64,000 nucleotides of DNA from Marsupella aquatica (lineage: Eukaryota; Plantae; Marchantiophyta). Shown here piece after piece: positions 34,910 to 46,378 of the stretch. The notes under the pieces were generated by a model. It had not been told where the DNA came from, did no database searches, and saw only the letters and a list, made by a program, of their open reading frames with translations. Positions within the stretch are counted from its first letter, which is position 1; every line of letters begins with the position of its first letter. The translations under genes were made by a program, and so were the position numbers. The stretch is from the NCBI GenBank assembly GCA_973895155.1, contig OZ316894.1, positions 15,058,699-15,122,698 on the forward strand, in the 5' to 3' direction.

Positions 34910-37900
34910 ATGGGGGAAGAGGGTGATGACATGGAGACAGACATGGGGCTTGGAGAGTGGGGTGAAGAGGAAAGATTGGATATGGATGGAGACCCAGATG
35001 CAGGGGGCTCACAGAAAAATGCACCTGTGCAAGATGCACAGGGCCCTCATCAAGTCCCAGGTAGGTGGGCAGCTAGAGAGAAATCACATAATCCATACCC
35101 TAGAAGGAGCCAGAGTTATTGGCAAGGGACGCCTGATAATTATGATGATGACTATGATGGAGCAGAAGATGGATGGGATGAATATGAACACCCAGAGCGT
35201 GGTAGAGACGGGTACAGAGGGCAATGGAAAGGTGAGGAGGATGATTGGACAAGTAAGTGCCTTGTGCTAGTGATTTTGTGATGATAGTAGAGATTTAGCT
35301 CAATATGCACTTATCTGATGTGTAGCTAGGGCAAAGAGTTTATCTTACAGGTCCATGAGTGTGGCATGTACCTGTTGGTATGCAGACTCTGATTGGGACA
35401 ATCACGAAAACAACAAAGGCCATCCACGTTCAGATAGGAGGCAATCATTCACAGGCGGGAGAAACGCCCCTAATTCATCAAGACAAAGCAATAGGACAGG
35501 TGGTCCAGAACCATCTATGCGCCAAGGGAGAGGTAACTTGGTCATTGCAGAATTGCTCTGAAGTCCACTGTATATTTGGCAGCGGGATTTATGATTCATA
35601 CTTACCTAATGTAAGTGACTGTAAATGGATCCTGTAAATGTGCAGGGACTCCAGGGAGGTTTGGACAATGCAATCCAGGCCGTGGGGGGAGATCAGGCCG
35701 TGGAGGGACCCCAGGCCGTGGGGGGACACCAGGCCGTGGAGGGACACCTAGTAGCGCTTCAGGGAGTACCAAGGCAGGAGACAGTAACAAATTTGGTAAA
35801 GTAGAAGTGAATTCCGAAGGTTGGATAACTCCCACATGTGATGGTAAGAACCGTTGGCATTCTGACCTAAGAGGAGAAGTATTGCGTTGGTTAGATTTGA
35901 GCATTACAGAGTTTAGGAGTCAGAACAAAGCTGATTGGGCTGCTATCTGCAAGGACATTCTTGAATGGTGGGAGTATGTTGGTAATGATGGTAAGGGCCC
36001 AGTTGAAGATTGCATATCAGATTATGCAATGAGGATTTTGAAACAAGAGAGGCATAGGTTGAAAAGGATGTGGATAGACAATGGTTCTAACAGGAGAATG
36101 CCACCACCCCCATCATTGGAACTGGATCAATGGACACGGTTAATCAAAGGGTTCATGTCGGAGGCTGGACAGAGCAAGAGTGAACTGATGTCAAATGCTC
36201 GAGGCAAAGTGAAACACCTTTCACAGGCTGGGAGAGGAAGTTATGCTCCAGTGAAAGAACAATTGGTAAGGCAGTGACATGCCTGATAGTAAGCCTCAAA
36301 CTTATCATCTTGCTACCATTATTACATTTTCATTGACAATCAACACTTGGTTTCATTCATATGTATGTTGATGTGGACTGCAGAAGAAATTGACAGGTGA
36401 AGAACCATCAGCACAAGAAGTGAGAGAGGAGTTCATGAAACAAAGGAGTGAGGTGACAAGTGTAACTTCCAAACAGGTGATTATGTTGTAATTCTGTATG
36501 TTCTGTGACTATTTGGCCTTGAGCATCAGAAAGAAATGTAGTAGGAAGTAAGCAACCAGTTCTTGGGGACAGTTATCTGAGATATGTAAGCTATGTTATG
36601 ACAGGGAACTGTTACAACTCTCACAAAGATGTGTGAACGGTTGAAGTCATTAGAGTGTGGACTCCCTCGAGTGGAAAGTAAATTGGCTGATCGTTTGGAT
36701 ATTGTGGAGGCATATGTAGCGAACCTTCTTGCATCAGTGGAATCTAATTTCAAGCTTGTGATTGAAAAATTGGGTGGTTCCCAACCAAACAATGAGGGCA
36801 ACATTGTACAAAGTGTGCCCTTGTTAACAAAAAAGGGAATTGGCAAATCTAACACAGGTATGGAAATGACACCGGCCCATTGTTCATTGTGTCCTATGTT
36901 CAAATGTTAGAAGTAAGTTTTCATGAATTGAGTGAATGGTTTGAATGCAGGAAGAGTGGAGGCAGAGAAGGACCCTGTAATCAGTAAGCAGAAGGGCAAG
37001 AAGGTTGCTGAGACAGGTAACCTGCTATGATCCAATACATTACATTTGAAAAGTGCATGGAGTTTTGTGAAGCTTAAGCCGGTTGGAGGTAATCTTTTCT
37101 GTAAGAACTGGTTGGATGAACTGGGATCTGAAGTGACATCATGATTGATGTATCAGGTGATTCAAAGAGCAATAATGAAGAAGATGTGCCCAGTGCCTCA
37201 GTGACCATAGCCAAGGAGGTATCAGGTAAGCTGATGCTTTAAATTCCTCTATATGAATGTTGAGCAACAATTCAGTGGTTAATAGATTCAACCTGAATAT
37301 TGTGGTGTGTTTATTGATCAACAGAAGCAGACATGGAGCATATGGCAATGGCAAAGAAGGGGAAGAAGGCTGTTCATAATGGTAAGGAGATAGTGACAAC
37401 TTTGTGGTTGGTGACATGTACATTTAGCACATGTGATGAGTGATTGACTTATGTTGGACATGACACTGAATTGTAGTTGATGCAGAGTTGACAGACTCTC
37501 AACCAAGTGGGAGTAGGGTGAAGCGACGTCGAAACTTGGGAGCAACATTGGATGCAAGTAAGATTGTAGATGCTTCAATTGAAGCAAGTACAATGTTGGC
37601 AGATACTGAGATGATGTCGCAGGGAAATCCTGCTACACAATCAGAAGTGTCAAATATGGATGCAGATTCTTTGAAGAAGAGTGTAGCCAATTCTCGATCA
37701 CCAGCACAAAACACTCGTGCCAAAGTCATGACTCGCAACCAAGGTATGAATAATGTCATGTATAAGCCACCCAGGAAAGCCAAGAAAAACAGCCAGGGTA
37801 AGGTGGAGGTGATAGCCACAGCAGAGCCAGTCCATAATCTTCTATCATGGGAGGATGACTCGCAGGTATGTGTGGGTACAGGCATTTTGCGACCGGATCA

Positions 37901-38081
37901 TGCAAAATTCCATGGCAAAGTGGTCCCGGATGACCATGTAGTAGTGTTGTTGACTACAGTGATTGTATCTGATTATAATTTGCCATTTCCGAATAGAGAC
38001 GATGATCCACCTCAGGAAATAATTGCAGATGCAGTAGGATCTCTTGTGCTCTGGCCATCAGAGTGTGTTAGTCTGCAGTGA
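34910..38081 (+). CDS. CACTA TnpA-like DNA-binding protein, multi-exon (exon boundaries approximate)
   Basis: PPSLELDQWTRLIKGFMSEAGQSKSELMSNARGKVKHLSQAGRGSY (Transposase_24-like). Last exon FHGKVVPDDHVVVLL...LPFP...IADAVGSLVLWP (Tnp1/En-Spm C-terminal-like). Several GT-AG introns. Confidence 0.8.
35675..35750 (+). repeat. 18-bp coding tandem repeat (PGRGGT)
   Basis: ccaggccgtgg(g/a)gggac, about 4 copies. Confidence 0.8.
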
Positions 38082-38574
38082 CTGAATGCAAGTGTAGATA
38101 GCATCATGTGAATTGTGTCACATTTTGACATTGCCTTGGAAAGATCCAAGAAATATCTGTACCAATTTTTCCATTTGGTAAAGAGGATGAAGGAGACGTT
38201 GTGTGTGACATTGATATTTCTGAATTCTGTATGTATGAAACAAGTGATTGATGTCAAACTATGGCTCTATGGTGATTGTCTATGATACTTGAATCTATTT
38301 TATCATTTCAGTATTAGTGTGTATGGTATAGAGGAATACTTTGTGACCTTCTTTGTAGTCTATGAAGTTTGAATCTGTGAATTCATATTAGTGTACATGG
38401 TATAGAAGATGGCTTTCTGAAACTATGTATTCTAATGTTAACATGATGAATGGTGAACTTATAGAGTGAGTTCATTCCAAGTACACAATAAAACATGAAT
38501 GCAATATGTTATTTGTGCACAAGAGTGGGTTCATTCCAAGTAGTATAGTGGGGTCTTCATCACTCATATCCAGT

Positions 38575-38907
38575 TGACATAAAAGACTTATACATACCCC
38601 ACAAAGTATATTTAAAGACTACCCTCCATAACCTTTTTAGTCGTTCCCAACGACTCATCATCGCAGCCCATAAAAGACTAAAAACGACTCACCAAAGCTA
38701 CCCACACAAAGACTAAAATAGACTGAAAATCCAGTCTATTAAACGACTTATAAACCAGTTCTATAAAGGACTCAGTTGATTATAGTAACAAAACATACGA
38801 CTCGCAGTCCTATAAAGGACTAGAGTCCTTCCCAGTCGTTTCCAAGTCCTATACGGTACTGAATAGTCGTTTAATGGGGTCTAAATACCCCCCGGTTTCT
38901 ACTAGTG
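38575..38907 (-). repeat. CACTA right subterminal repeats and TIR
   Basis: Many aaagact/aaaggact/acgact motifs in both orientations, ending in ccccggtttctactagtg. Confidence 0.88.
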
Positions 38908-39608
38908 TCAAGACGCCGGTACAAAGGCAAGCATTGTAATTCGAGGAAGTGAGTCTCCACAACTGAATATGAAGTTGTGTGGTATGGTTTTTGTTCTCAT
39001 GATGAAATTTGAATGTCTTGGGTGTGTAGCTTCATTTTGTTATTTGGGTTAGTGGTTCATAGTCTAGTCTTTAGAATGTTAGGGAATAAAAAGCTATGTT
39101 GTGGGTGGTCGGTGACCATATCTCTTTCAATATGTCACCAAATCTGGATCTGTAAAGAGCATTGGAAAGATCTGGTCACGTCGAGTAAAATCAATATAAA
39201 ACTCTATGAAAACAAAGGTGATTAAGAAAGATTCAACCTGATTAGTGTGATGGGTTAACTTGTGGCCAAAATTAACGGGTTCTGCTACGGTTTTGGGTTA
39301 ACTTAAGCTTGGCCACGGCTTAGTTTTGGGCCACGACTTAGTTTGGGCCACGACTTAGTTTTGGGCCATGGCTTAGCTTAGGTGAGCTTGGCCATGGCTT
39401 AGCTTAGGTCAGGACTACTTTAGTTTAGGCTTAACCCAAGTTTGGGTTAGACTGAACTCGGGTTAGCCTAAAATGGGGCCGGGGTTAGCATAGGTCATCT
39501 CGGGTTTGGGCTTAGCTTAGCCTAGGTTAGCGGGTAGCGGATTAGCGGGTAGCGGTTTAACCCAAGGCCATGGGTTAGCTCTACTCAGGTTAGCTATGTA
39601 ACTGCAAC

Positions 39609-40056
39609 CGGCTGCGGTTTGAGCTCAGATTTTGCCAGAGCATTGGAAACAGCAAGAATGTATCACTGGCAAAGTTAGAGCTGCAACCGACATCGTTTGG
39701 TATGCACTTTAGCATGCGCGATCTGCTATGTCTCCAATTTCGCGATTCTGAGCTCGGGGCGAAATTTCACTTCGAGTTAGAAGGGCAATCGGCTGCGGTT
39801 TGAGCTCAGATTTTGCCAGAGCATTGGAAACAGCAAGAATGTATCACTGGCAAAGTTAGAGCTGCAACCAACATCGTTTGGTATGCACTTTAGCATGCAC
39901 GATCTGCTACGTGTCCAGTTTCAAGATTCTGAGCTTGGGGCAAAATTTCACTTCGAGTTGGAAGGGCAATCGGCTGCGGTTTGAGCTCAGATTTGGGCAG
40001 AGTGTTGCAAACAGCGAGAGTGTATCACTGGCAAAGGTAGAGCTGCAACTGACATC
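39609..40056 (+). repeat. 181-bp tandem monomers (2.5 copies) in the LINE 5' UTR
   Basis: cggctgcggtttgagctcagatt begins at 39609, 39790 and 39971. Confidence 0.92.
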
Positions 40057-40118
40057 CTCTACTGCTCCCAATTTCTATTTGTCGTCTAAGAGTACATTCT
40101 AACAACAGTTTCAGCTTT

Positions 40119-40892
40119 GTGATGGCAACGGAGGAGATTGCCCATCTCAAGGCTTTGCTTGAGAAAATCTTAGTTGTGGCTGAAAACTCCGCAATTGAGA
40201 TTACCACACTCAGCAAGGAGGTGACAGAGCTAAAGAATGAGAATGTCAAGCAAAAGAGGTTGATTAGTGATCTTCGATCTCAAACTCAGGAGAATGGTAA
40301 GCAACTCTCATTGCTTGCATCGTGTTTTGGAGACATGGAGAAGAGTATGTGCCCAGAGAAATCAGTGATACATGAGGCTGTAGGGGAAATTGAGGAGAAG
40401 CTCAAAACCTTTGCACAGGCTGCAAAACAATCACATATGGAATTTGTCCAAGCCAAGGAGGAGGAGAGGAGAGCACTAGAGGAAGAACACAAGAACCAGC
40501 ATGCAAGAGTCAGCAACTGCAAAATATCAGGCCTTGTTGAGGAGGAGAAGGAAGACACCAAGAAGGTAGCAATTTCATTCTTCCAATCTCAGATGAAAGT
40601 GCATGACCCTATCATTTTGCAAGCATATAGGATTGGGCAAAAGAAGGGGGACCTTCCACGTCCAATCTTGGTGAAGTTTGCAGCTGAATCCGAGAAAGCT
40701 AGAGTGATGGCTAACAGGAGCATGCTTAAAGGGCTAAGGATTTGGTTGGATGATGATCTGACTCCCACACAAGTCCAAGCAAGGAAAATTGAGCTTGAGA
40801 AGGTGAGGGTAGCCAAAGACCAAGGATTGGTAGCCTACTTGCGCAATGGACAAGCTGTTGTTACCAATAAGAAGAGAGTTGTTTCTAAATGA
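40119..40892 (+). CDS. LINE ORF1 (coiled coil plus RRM/CTD-like)
   Basis: Coiled-coil N-terminus; NCKISGLVEE, AYRIGQKK..LPRPILVKF, IWLDDDLTP motifs. Confidence 0.85.
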   Translation: MMATEEIAHLKALLEKILVVAENSAIEITTLSKEVTELKNENVKQKRLISDLRSQTQENGKQLSLLASCFGDMEKSMCPEKSVIHEAVGEIEEKLKTFAQAAKQSHMEFVQAKEEERRALEEEHKNQHARVSNCKISGLVEEEKEDTKKVAISFFQSQMKVHDPIILQAYRIGQKKGDLPRPILVKFAAESEKARVMANRSMLKGLRIWLDDDLTPTQVQARKIELEKVRVAKDQGLVAYLRNGQAVVTNKKRVVSK

Positions 40893-43800
40893 TGGATCGG
40901 GACCTTGAGAGTCATGGCATGGAATGTTTCAGGACTTTCCATAGAAACAACAATTGGACGGGAACCTTTGTTTGAGAATTTTGACATCTTGCTTTTCACG
41001 GAGACTTGGGAATATGAGGGAAATGCTCTACCTAGCATTAAAGGCTTTACTTGCATACAATCCATCTTCAATGAGAAGAAGACCACACGGGGAAGAGGGT
41101 TTGGAGGCATTGTTGTCTACACCAAGAATCAACTTCAACACATCACCTCTATTGAACATGAAGATCCCAGCAAGCAGTTCATGGTGGTGAGACTTCATAC
41201 CAGAGGTACTCCATCATTTCTGATTGTCACCTACTTTGCTCCCCTTAATATGAATGTCTATAAGATGGGAATTGCTGATGCACATTATCCATTTCATAGG
41301 TTAATCCAAGTCATTCATGATATATCACCACTAGGGGAGACATGGATAGTGGGGGACTTTAATGCCAGGGTATCTAATGAACAATTTACTGAAAGTGAGG
41401 ACTTAGGAACTTTACCTTGGTCATCATGTAGTGAAGAGATACCTTGGGTGAGAGAGGCTCTTGACACCAGAACAAAGGACATGACACGTCACTTTTTGCA
41501 TTTGGGAGCTTCTTGTAATCTAAGAATATTGAATGGGCTTGAGAGATTTCCCCAATCATCTGGTTACACTTTTAGATCTAAACAAGGATGTAGTACCATT
41601 GACTACCTTCTTGCCTCACCTACCTCTGCCACTAGAGTGGTTGACTTTCAAATACTTGATCAACAACCAGAGTCTTCATACTTGCCTTTGTTGTTCCATC
41701 TTGACCTGACCACAATCCCAAACAAAGTGCATAGAAAGCCAGTACCCAAACCTCTGTTTCTAGACCCTGATAGAGAAATCATCTTCAAAGCCAACTTTGA
41801 ACATCTTCTCCATACCCTGGATGATCAGATTGAGCTCTCAGAAGTCATAGCACAAGCAGCAGCCTCTACTTTCTCCACCAAACCCCCTAGAAAGCAAAAC
41901 ATGAAGGCTTGGTTTGACGAGGATTGTGCTAGAGCAAGGATGCAAGCAAGATCACATTCAGGGGAAAAGAGACTTTTGGCATTCACTATGTACAAGAACT
42001 TCATCAAACACAAGAAGAGGTGCTTCTTGAAGAGTCATCAACAATCACTATGTGAGGAGTTCATCAAACATCCAAAACGTTTTTGGGAGAGAATGCAATC
42101 AGGCAAGACTACTCCCCCCTTGGATCACCAGGACCTGGTAACCTATGTCACATCCTTGTATTTCTTTCCAGATGCTAGTGGCATGCCTTTGCCCCTTGGG
42201 GACACCATTCAGTTTACAGAGAGGGAGGTGAAGGTGCATCTTTCCCACATGCAACATGGGAAAGCTAAATCTGTTGGGCCTGAACTTGGAGCTTCTTTTG
42301 TGGGGAGGACCCTCTTTACTAACAAACTTGGTGCATGAGCTGAATCAAGCAATGGCTTTAGGTTTACCTAAAGCTTGGATGACCAGAAGAGTGGTGCCTA
42401 TCTTCAAGGCAGGCAACAAGGACGATGTGCACAACTACAGAACCATCATGGTAGGCAATACTTTTGCTAAAGTTTTGGGAGGACTACTTGAAGCCAGATT
42501 AAGCTCTTGGTTGGAGAGTGAGATGAAAAGGGCACCTTCACAAGCAGGTTTTAGGAGAGAATTCAGCACTATAGATCACATTCTCTGCTTGAGGGTGTTG
42601 TGTGAAAAGGCCAAATCTCCACATAAACCATTATTTTGCTTGTTTGTGGACTTCTCCAAGGCCTTTGACAAAGTTTCCCGATCCAAGCTTTGGGATAGGA
42701 TGGTGGAGTTGGAAGTGCCTGAAGAGCTCAGGTTGGCTGTTTCTAAATTGTACCAAGAAGTGCGCATCAAACTTTCAAAGGAAACCTTTGAAGAAATCTG
42801 GAGCACTCTTGGGGTGATCCAAGGTTGTCCTCTCTCACCAACTCTCTTTGGCATCTTCATTGATCAGCTACACAACATTTTGGAGGAGCATGGTGGAGTT
42901 GGCACTCAATTGGGTAGGTTTGTCCTCCAACTTCTTATATTTGCAGATGATGTGGTCCTACTTGCTCATGCTCAAGAAGCTTTGCAAAGGCATCTCAATG
43001 CCTTGGAGGAGTTTTGTCAAGCAACAGGGATGGTAGTCAACCTCAAGAAGACCAAGTGTTTGGGCATTGGCACACGACAAAATCCAGAGCTCTACTTCCA
43101 AGGGAATCTGGTGGAATTTGTGAGGACCTACAAATACCTTGGGGTGGAGTTCTCTCAAAACTTGAGTTGGGCCTCATGTGTAAAATCTAGGGCTGCCAAT
43201 GGGTACAGAGCTTTTTATGCATTCATGAACAAATGCAAAAGAGCTGGTCTACACACTTGGAGTTAAGGAAACATCTCTTTGGAGCTTTGGTGAAACCAGT
43301 CATTCTTTATGGAGCACCAATTTGGGGAGCAGGTGTGTCTAAATCTGGGTGGCAACAGATTGAGGGGCTGCAAAAGCTATTTCTTGAGATGGAGCTTGGG
43401 ATCAAGTCACAAACCCCATATGCACTTACACTTGCAGAGGCAGGCTTGTTTCCTTTGGAGGTGGAGGCACTCTTCCACACACTCAAATACATCATGCGTG
43501 TAAGAGAGTTGGAGGAAAACAGATTTCCTTTTCATGCCTTGCGCTCATCTTCAGCTAAAGGGTGGTATGCAGATGTGTGCAGGTGGGCCCATGCTTGGGA
43601 TTTTCCTGAACATGAATGGCCAACACACCCAACCAAGCTAAGAGCAAAACTTGAGCAAAAGGCTTTGCACAAACTTTGGCATGAACCTAGCCCACGGCAG
43701 CAATACTACATGAGAGATGTGAACCCCATGAAGAAATATGGAGAACAAGAATACTTATCTAGCACTATCTTAGTACAACTTAGACAACTTATTGCTCAGT

Positions 43801-44105
43801 ATAGACTAAGCTCACACCACCTTGAAGTAGAACAAGGGAGATGGAAGGATATTGACAGGAAAAAGAGGGTTTGTCAACTATGTGATAGCTCTAGTATAGA
43901 GAATGAATATCATGTATTCATTGCTTGCAAGTTTTATGAGGGGGTTAGGATGGCATCTCAAATCTTGGTGAAAGATTTGTATGCATTGTTTGGTCTGCCC
44001 CCTCATCAACTTGGAAGATATATCTTTGCGGTGGATAGGGAAAGGAGAATAGGTTTGGAAAATCTTTCAGGGCTCTCTAGGTCCATAGTTTCTTTGAGGA
44101 CATAG
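40893..44105 (+). pseudogene. LINE ORF2 (APE endonuclease, RT, C-terminal CCHC) with two frameshifts
   Basis: LRVMAWNVSGL, FTETW, IVGDFNAR, STIDYLL, QAGFRR, FVDFSKAFDKV, QGCPLSP, LIFADD, YKYLGV, CQLC...ENEYHVFIAC. Frameshifts at ~42270 and ~43260. Confidence 0.93.
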
Positions 44106-45674
44106 TTGTCCTCTTCTGAGCAATCTCTTTTGGTTGCTCTTTTCTTTGATTGCATTGTACTTTACTTTTTGTGGCAGCTCCTTTGACTTTCATGGTCCCG
44201 GAGCTTATAATACATTACCATTACCATTACCATAACTTGGGTTAGTGCAGTAGTGTGTACCCCCTCTCGGTTGCGGGGCCATAACTTTCTTTGTATTTGA
44301 CCAAATTGGCTATAATTGACCTTGTTGGAAAGAGGAGCTCAAGCCGCTTCCAATGTTTGCTATCCATGCGGAAAATGGTTGAATGGAGAATTTGGGAGAG
44401 GAGGTGCAAGCTAACAAGAAATTGTGGAGGAGAGCCAAATCCGAAGTACATAGTTTTGAGATAGAAATAAAGTTGCGAGTTAGGGTCTAGTAGTTAGAGA
44501 TCGATAGTGGCGGCTCTATTAGGGCTGGGATGGGGCTCCAGCAGCGTAGCAGCTACCCATTTGGGCTCAGGTTGAGAGTATATAGAGTAGCCCCCTTAGT
44601 AGAAGCTAGCGGGGGAACTTCAGTTGTGTGATCTCACGTAGACTGAGCAACAGGGAGGAGCTCTATGCAAGGAAGGCTGGGCTTGGAAGCTGTGTGTTGG
44701 GGAGAGCTTGGTTGTGCTATTACTCAACGAGTAATGAGCCAAGTTTCACAACAATAGTTGGCCAGATTTGCAAGCTGGATTATGGCATCAACCTATTTAT
44801 TAAAAGTGTATTTTCTTTTGTTCACACATGAGTCTTGAAATATACACTTTCATGGCCCCAAATGTACACTTTTGTGTCTCTAAATGTACACTTTATAGGC
44901 CAAATCACATTAGTATTATATTAATAAATAATACATATTATATTATTTAATAATTCACGAAGAAGTGGAGGATAGGAACTTATAAAAATATTTCATCCCC
45001 ATTTAAGGACCATTGATACCATTGTCTGGGGGGAAATGTGGTCCTTGAGGAAGCACCGGGCCTATGGCTGCTAGTGTCAAGAGAGAACTTAAGTTAAAAT
45101 CATGATTACTATTCTAGACTGGGTAACAGACACCACAATGAATGGTTCTGTGGATGAAAGCACAACATCATAACCCTTTTCTCCATACCTTTGACTATTG
45201 CCTCATTGGCAACTACCTTTGGTCAAGTCACAAAACAAATATCTCCCAACGATAAAGAAACGGGAGATTCATCGGAGGGAGGTTTGTTGAGATCCATCTC
45301 AATACAAGATAAAAATTGTGCAAGCCCAATCCTGCCCGTAAACTACATAAGAGTCTACAAGTGGCTCTATTGAATTTAACACTGCAGTTGCAAATGCTTC
45401 TCCAAAGTAAAAAGTCATATGTTAATGCATTATCTCTTTTTGGAGTACATGAATTTTAATAAGGAAAAGATTAGGGAGAGGAAGAACAGGTACTGGTCTG
45501 GGCATTATTGTACTATCAAATATTCCACCCAACTAATATTCATTCTAATGACAAGATCTATAATCATTCAACAAAAAAGATCATTCATTCAAATAAATAC
45601 TATGCATTGAGTTAACTCTAAGTGTATACATGCACATGTTTATCTTAATAAGTTTATCTTCTTTTGAATGAAAA

Positions 45675-45945
45675 TACTATTTGAAGGTCCAACGCATACA
45701 AATTACCACTGATTGAGCTAAGCTCCAAGCCAGCGTGCATGCGTGGGTCTACTTCATAAGGGTTTCACCCAAAAGGAGCATATGATGTTAAGATATTGTT
45801 GAGCACTTTGCAACTCTTTAGGACTTAATAACCATCTCCTATCAAATGATAATACTTTTTGAAGGTCCAACTCATACAAAATATCTTTGGCCAAGCCAAA
45901 ACTCTAAGCAAGCGTGTATGAGTAGGTCTACTTCATAAGGATTAT
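45675..45945. repeat. Two diverged copies of an ~90-bp motif about 179 bp apart
   Basis: ttgaaggtccaac.catacaaa...aagc.agcgtg.atg.gt.ggtctacttcataagg at ~45680 and ~45859. Confidence 0.7.
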
Positions 45946-46169
45946 ATTCATAGAGGAGGTCATCAAGTCCAATGGATTCTTAAGGCTTCACAACTTAGTT
46001 GATGAAAGATGGGGAGTGAGGGGAGAGAACCCCTCTCCTCTTTATTTATAGTGCTCACACCTCAAGCACACGGATCAAGCATGACACACAGATGGAAGCC
46101 ATGTGTCACACATCCAAGGCAAGTAAGTGTGCTAGTACTATAGTTACGTGAGTGGAGCAACTATAGGCA

Positions 46170-46378
46170 GTACACTGTGGCATGCACACTGTAACATGCA
46201 TATTGTAGATCGTACACTGTAGCATGCACACTGTAGGTCTTGCACTGTAGCAACCACACTGTAGATCATACACTGTAGCATGCATACTGTAGACCGTGTA
46301 CTATAGCATGCACTCTATAGACCGTACACTGTAGCATGCACACTGTAGGTCGTGCACTGTAGCACGCACACTATACAC
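46170..46378. repeat. 14/28-bp minisatellite (CACTGTAG core)
   Basis: Alternating cacactgtagcatg / tacactgtagaccg-type units. Confidence 0.88.

Larger units (their letters stand above)
22368..38907 (+). mobile_element. CACTA (En/Spm) DNA transposon, 16,540 bp, with cargo ORFs
   Basis: Perfect 18-bp TIRs CACTAGTAGAAACCGGGG (22368-22385 and 38890-38907) with further ATTTAGACC similarity. Subterminal AAGACTA/AGGACT repeats. Internal TnpD and TnpA-like genes. Confidence 0.95.
39594..44234 (+). mobile_element. Non-LTR retrotransposon, RTE-X-like, near full length
   Basis: ORF1 and APE-RT-Zn-finger ORF2, (CATTAC)n tail at ~44213-44233, and candidate 11-bp TSD actcaggttag (39583-39593) / acttgggttag (44235-44245). 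Confidence 0.88.

Noticed and set aside
45070-45085. ctagtgtcaaga, matching the CACTA right junction
   Set aside because: The match is only 12 bp, without the rest of the TIR or subterminal repeats, so it is probably chance.
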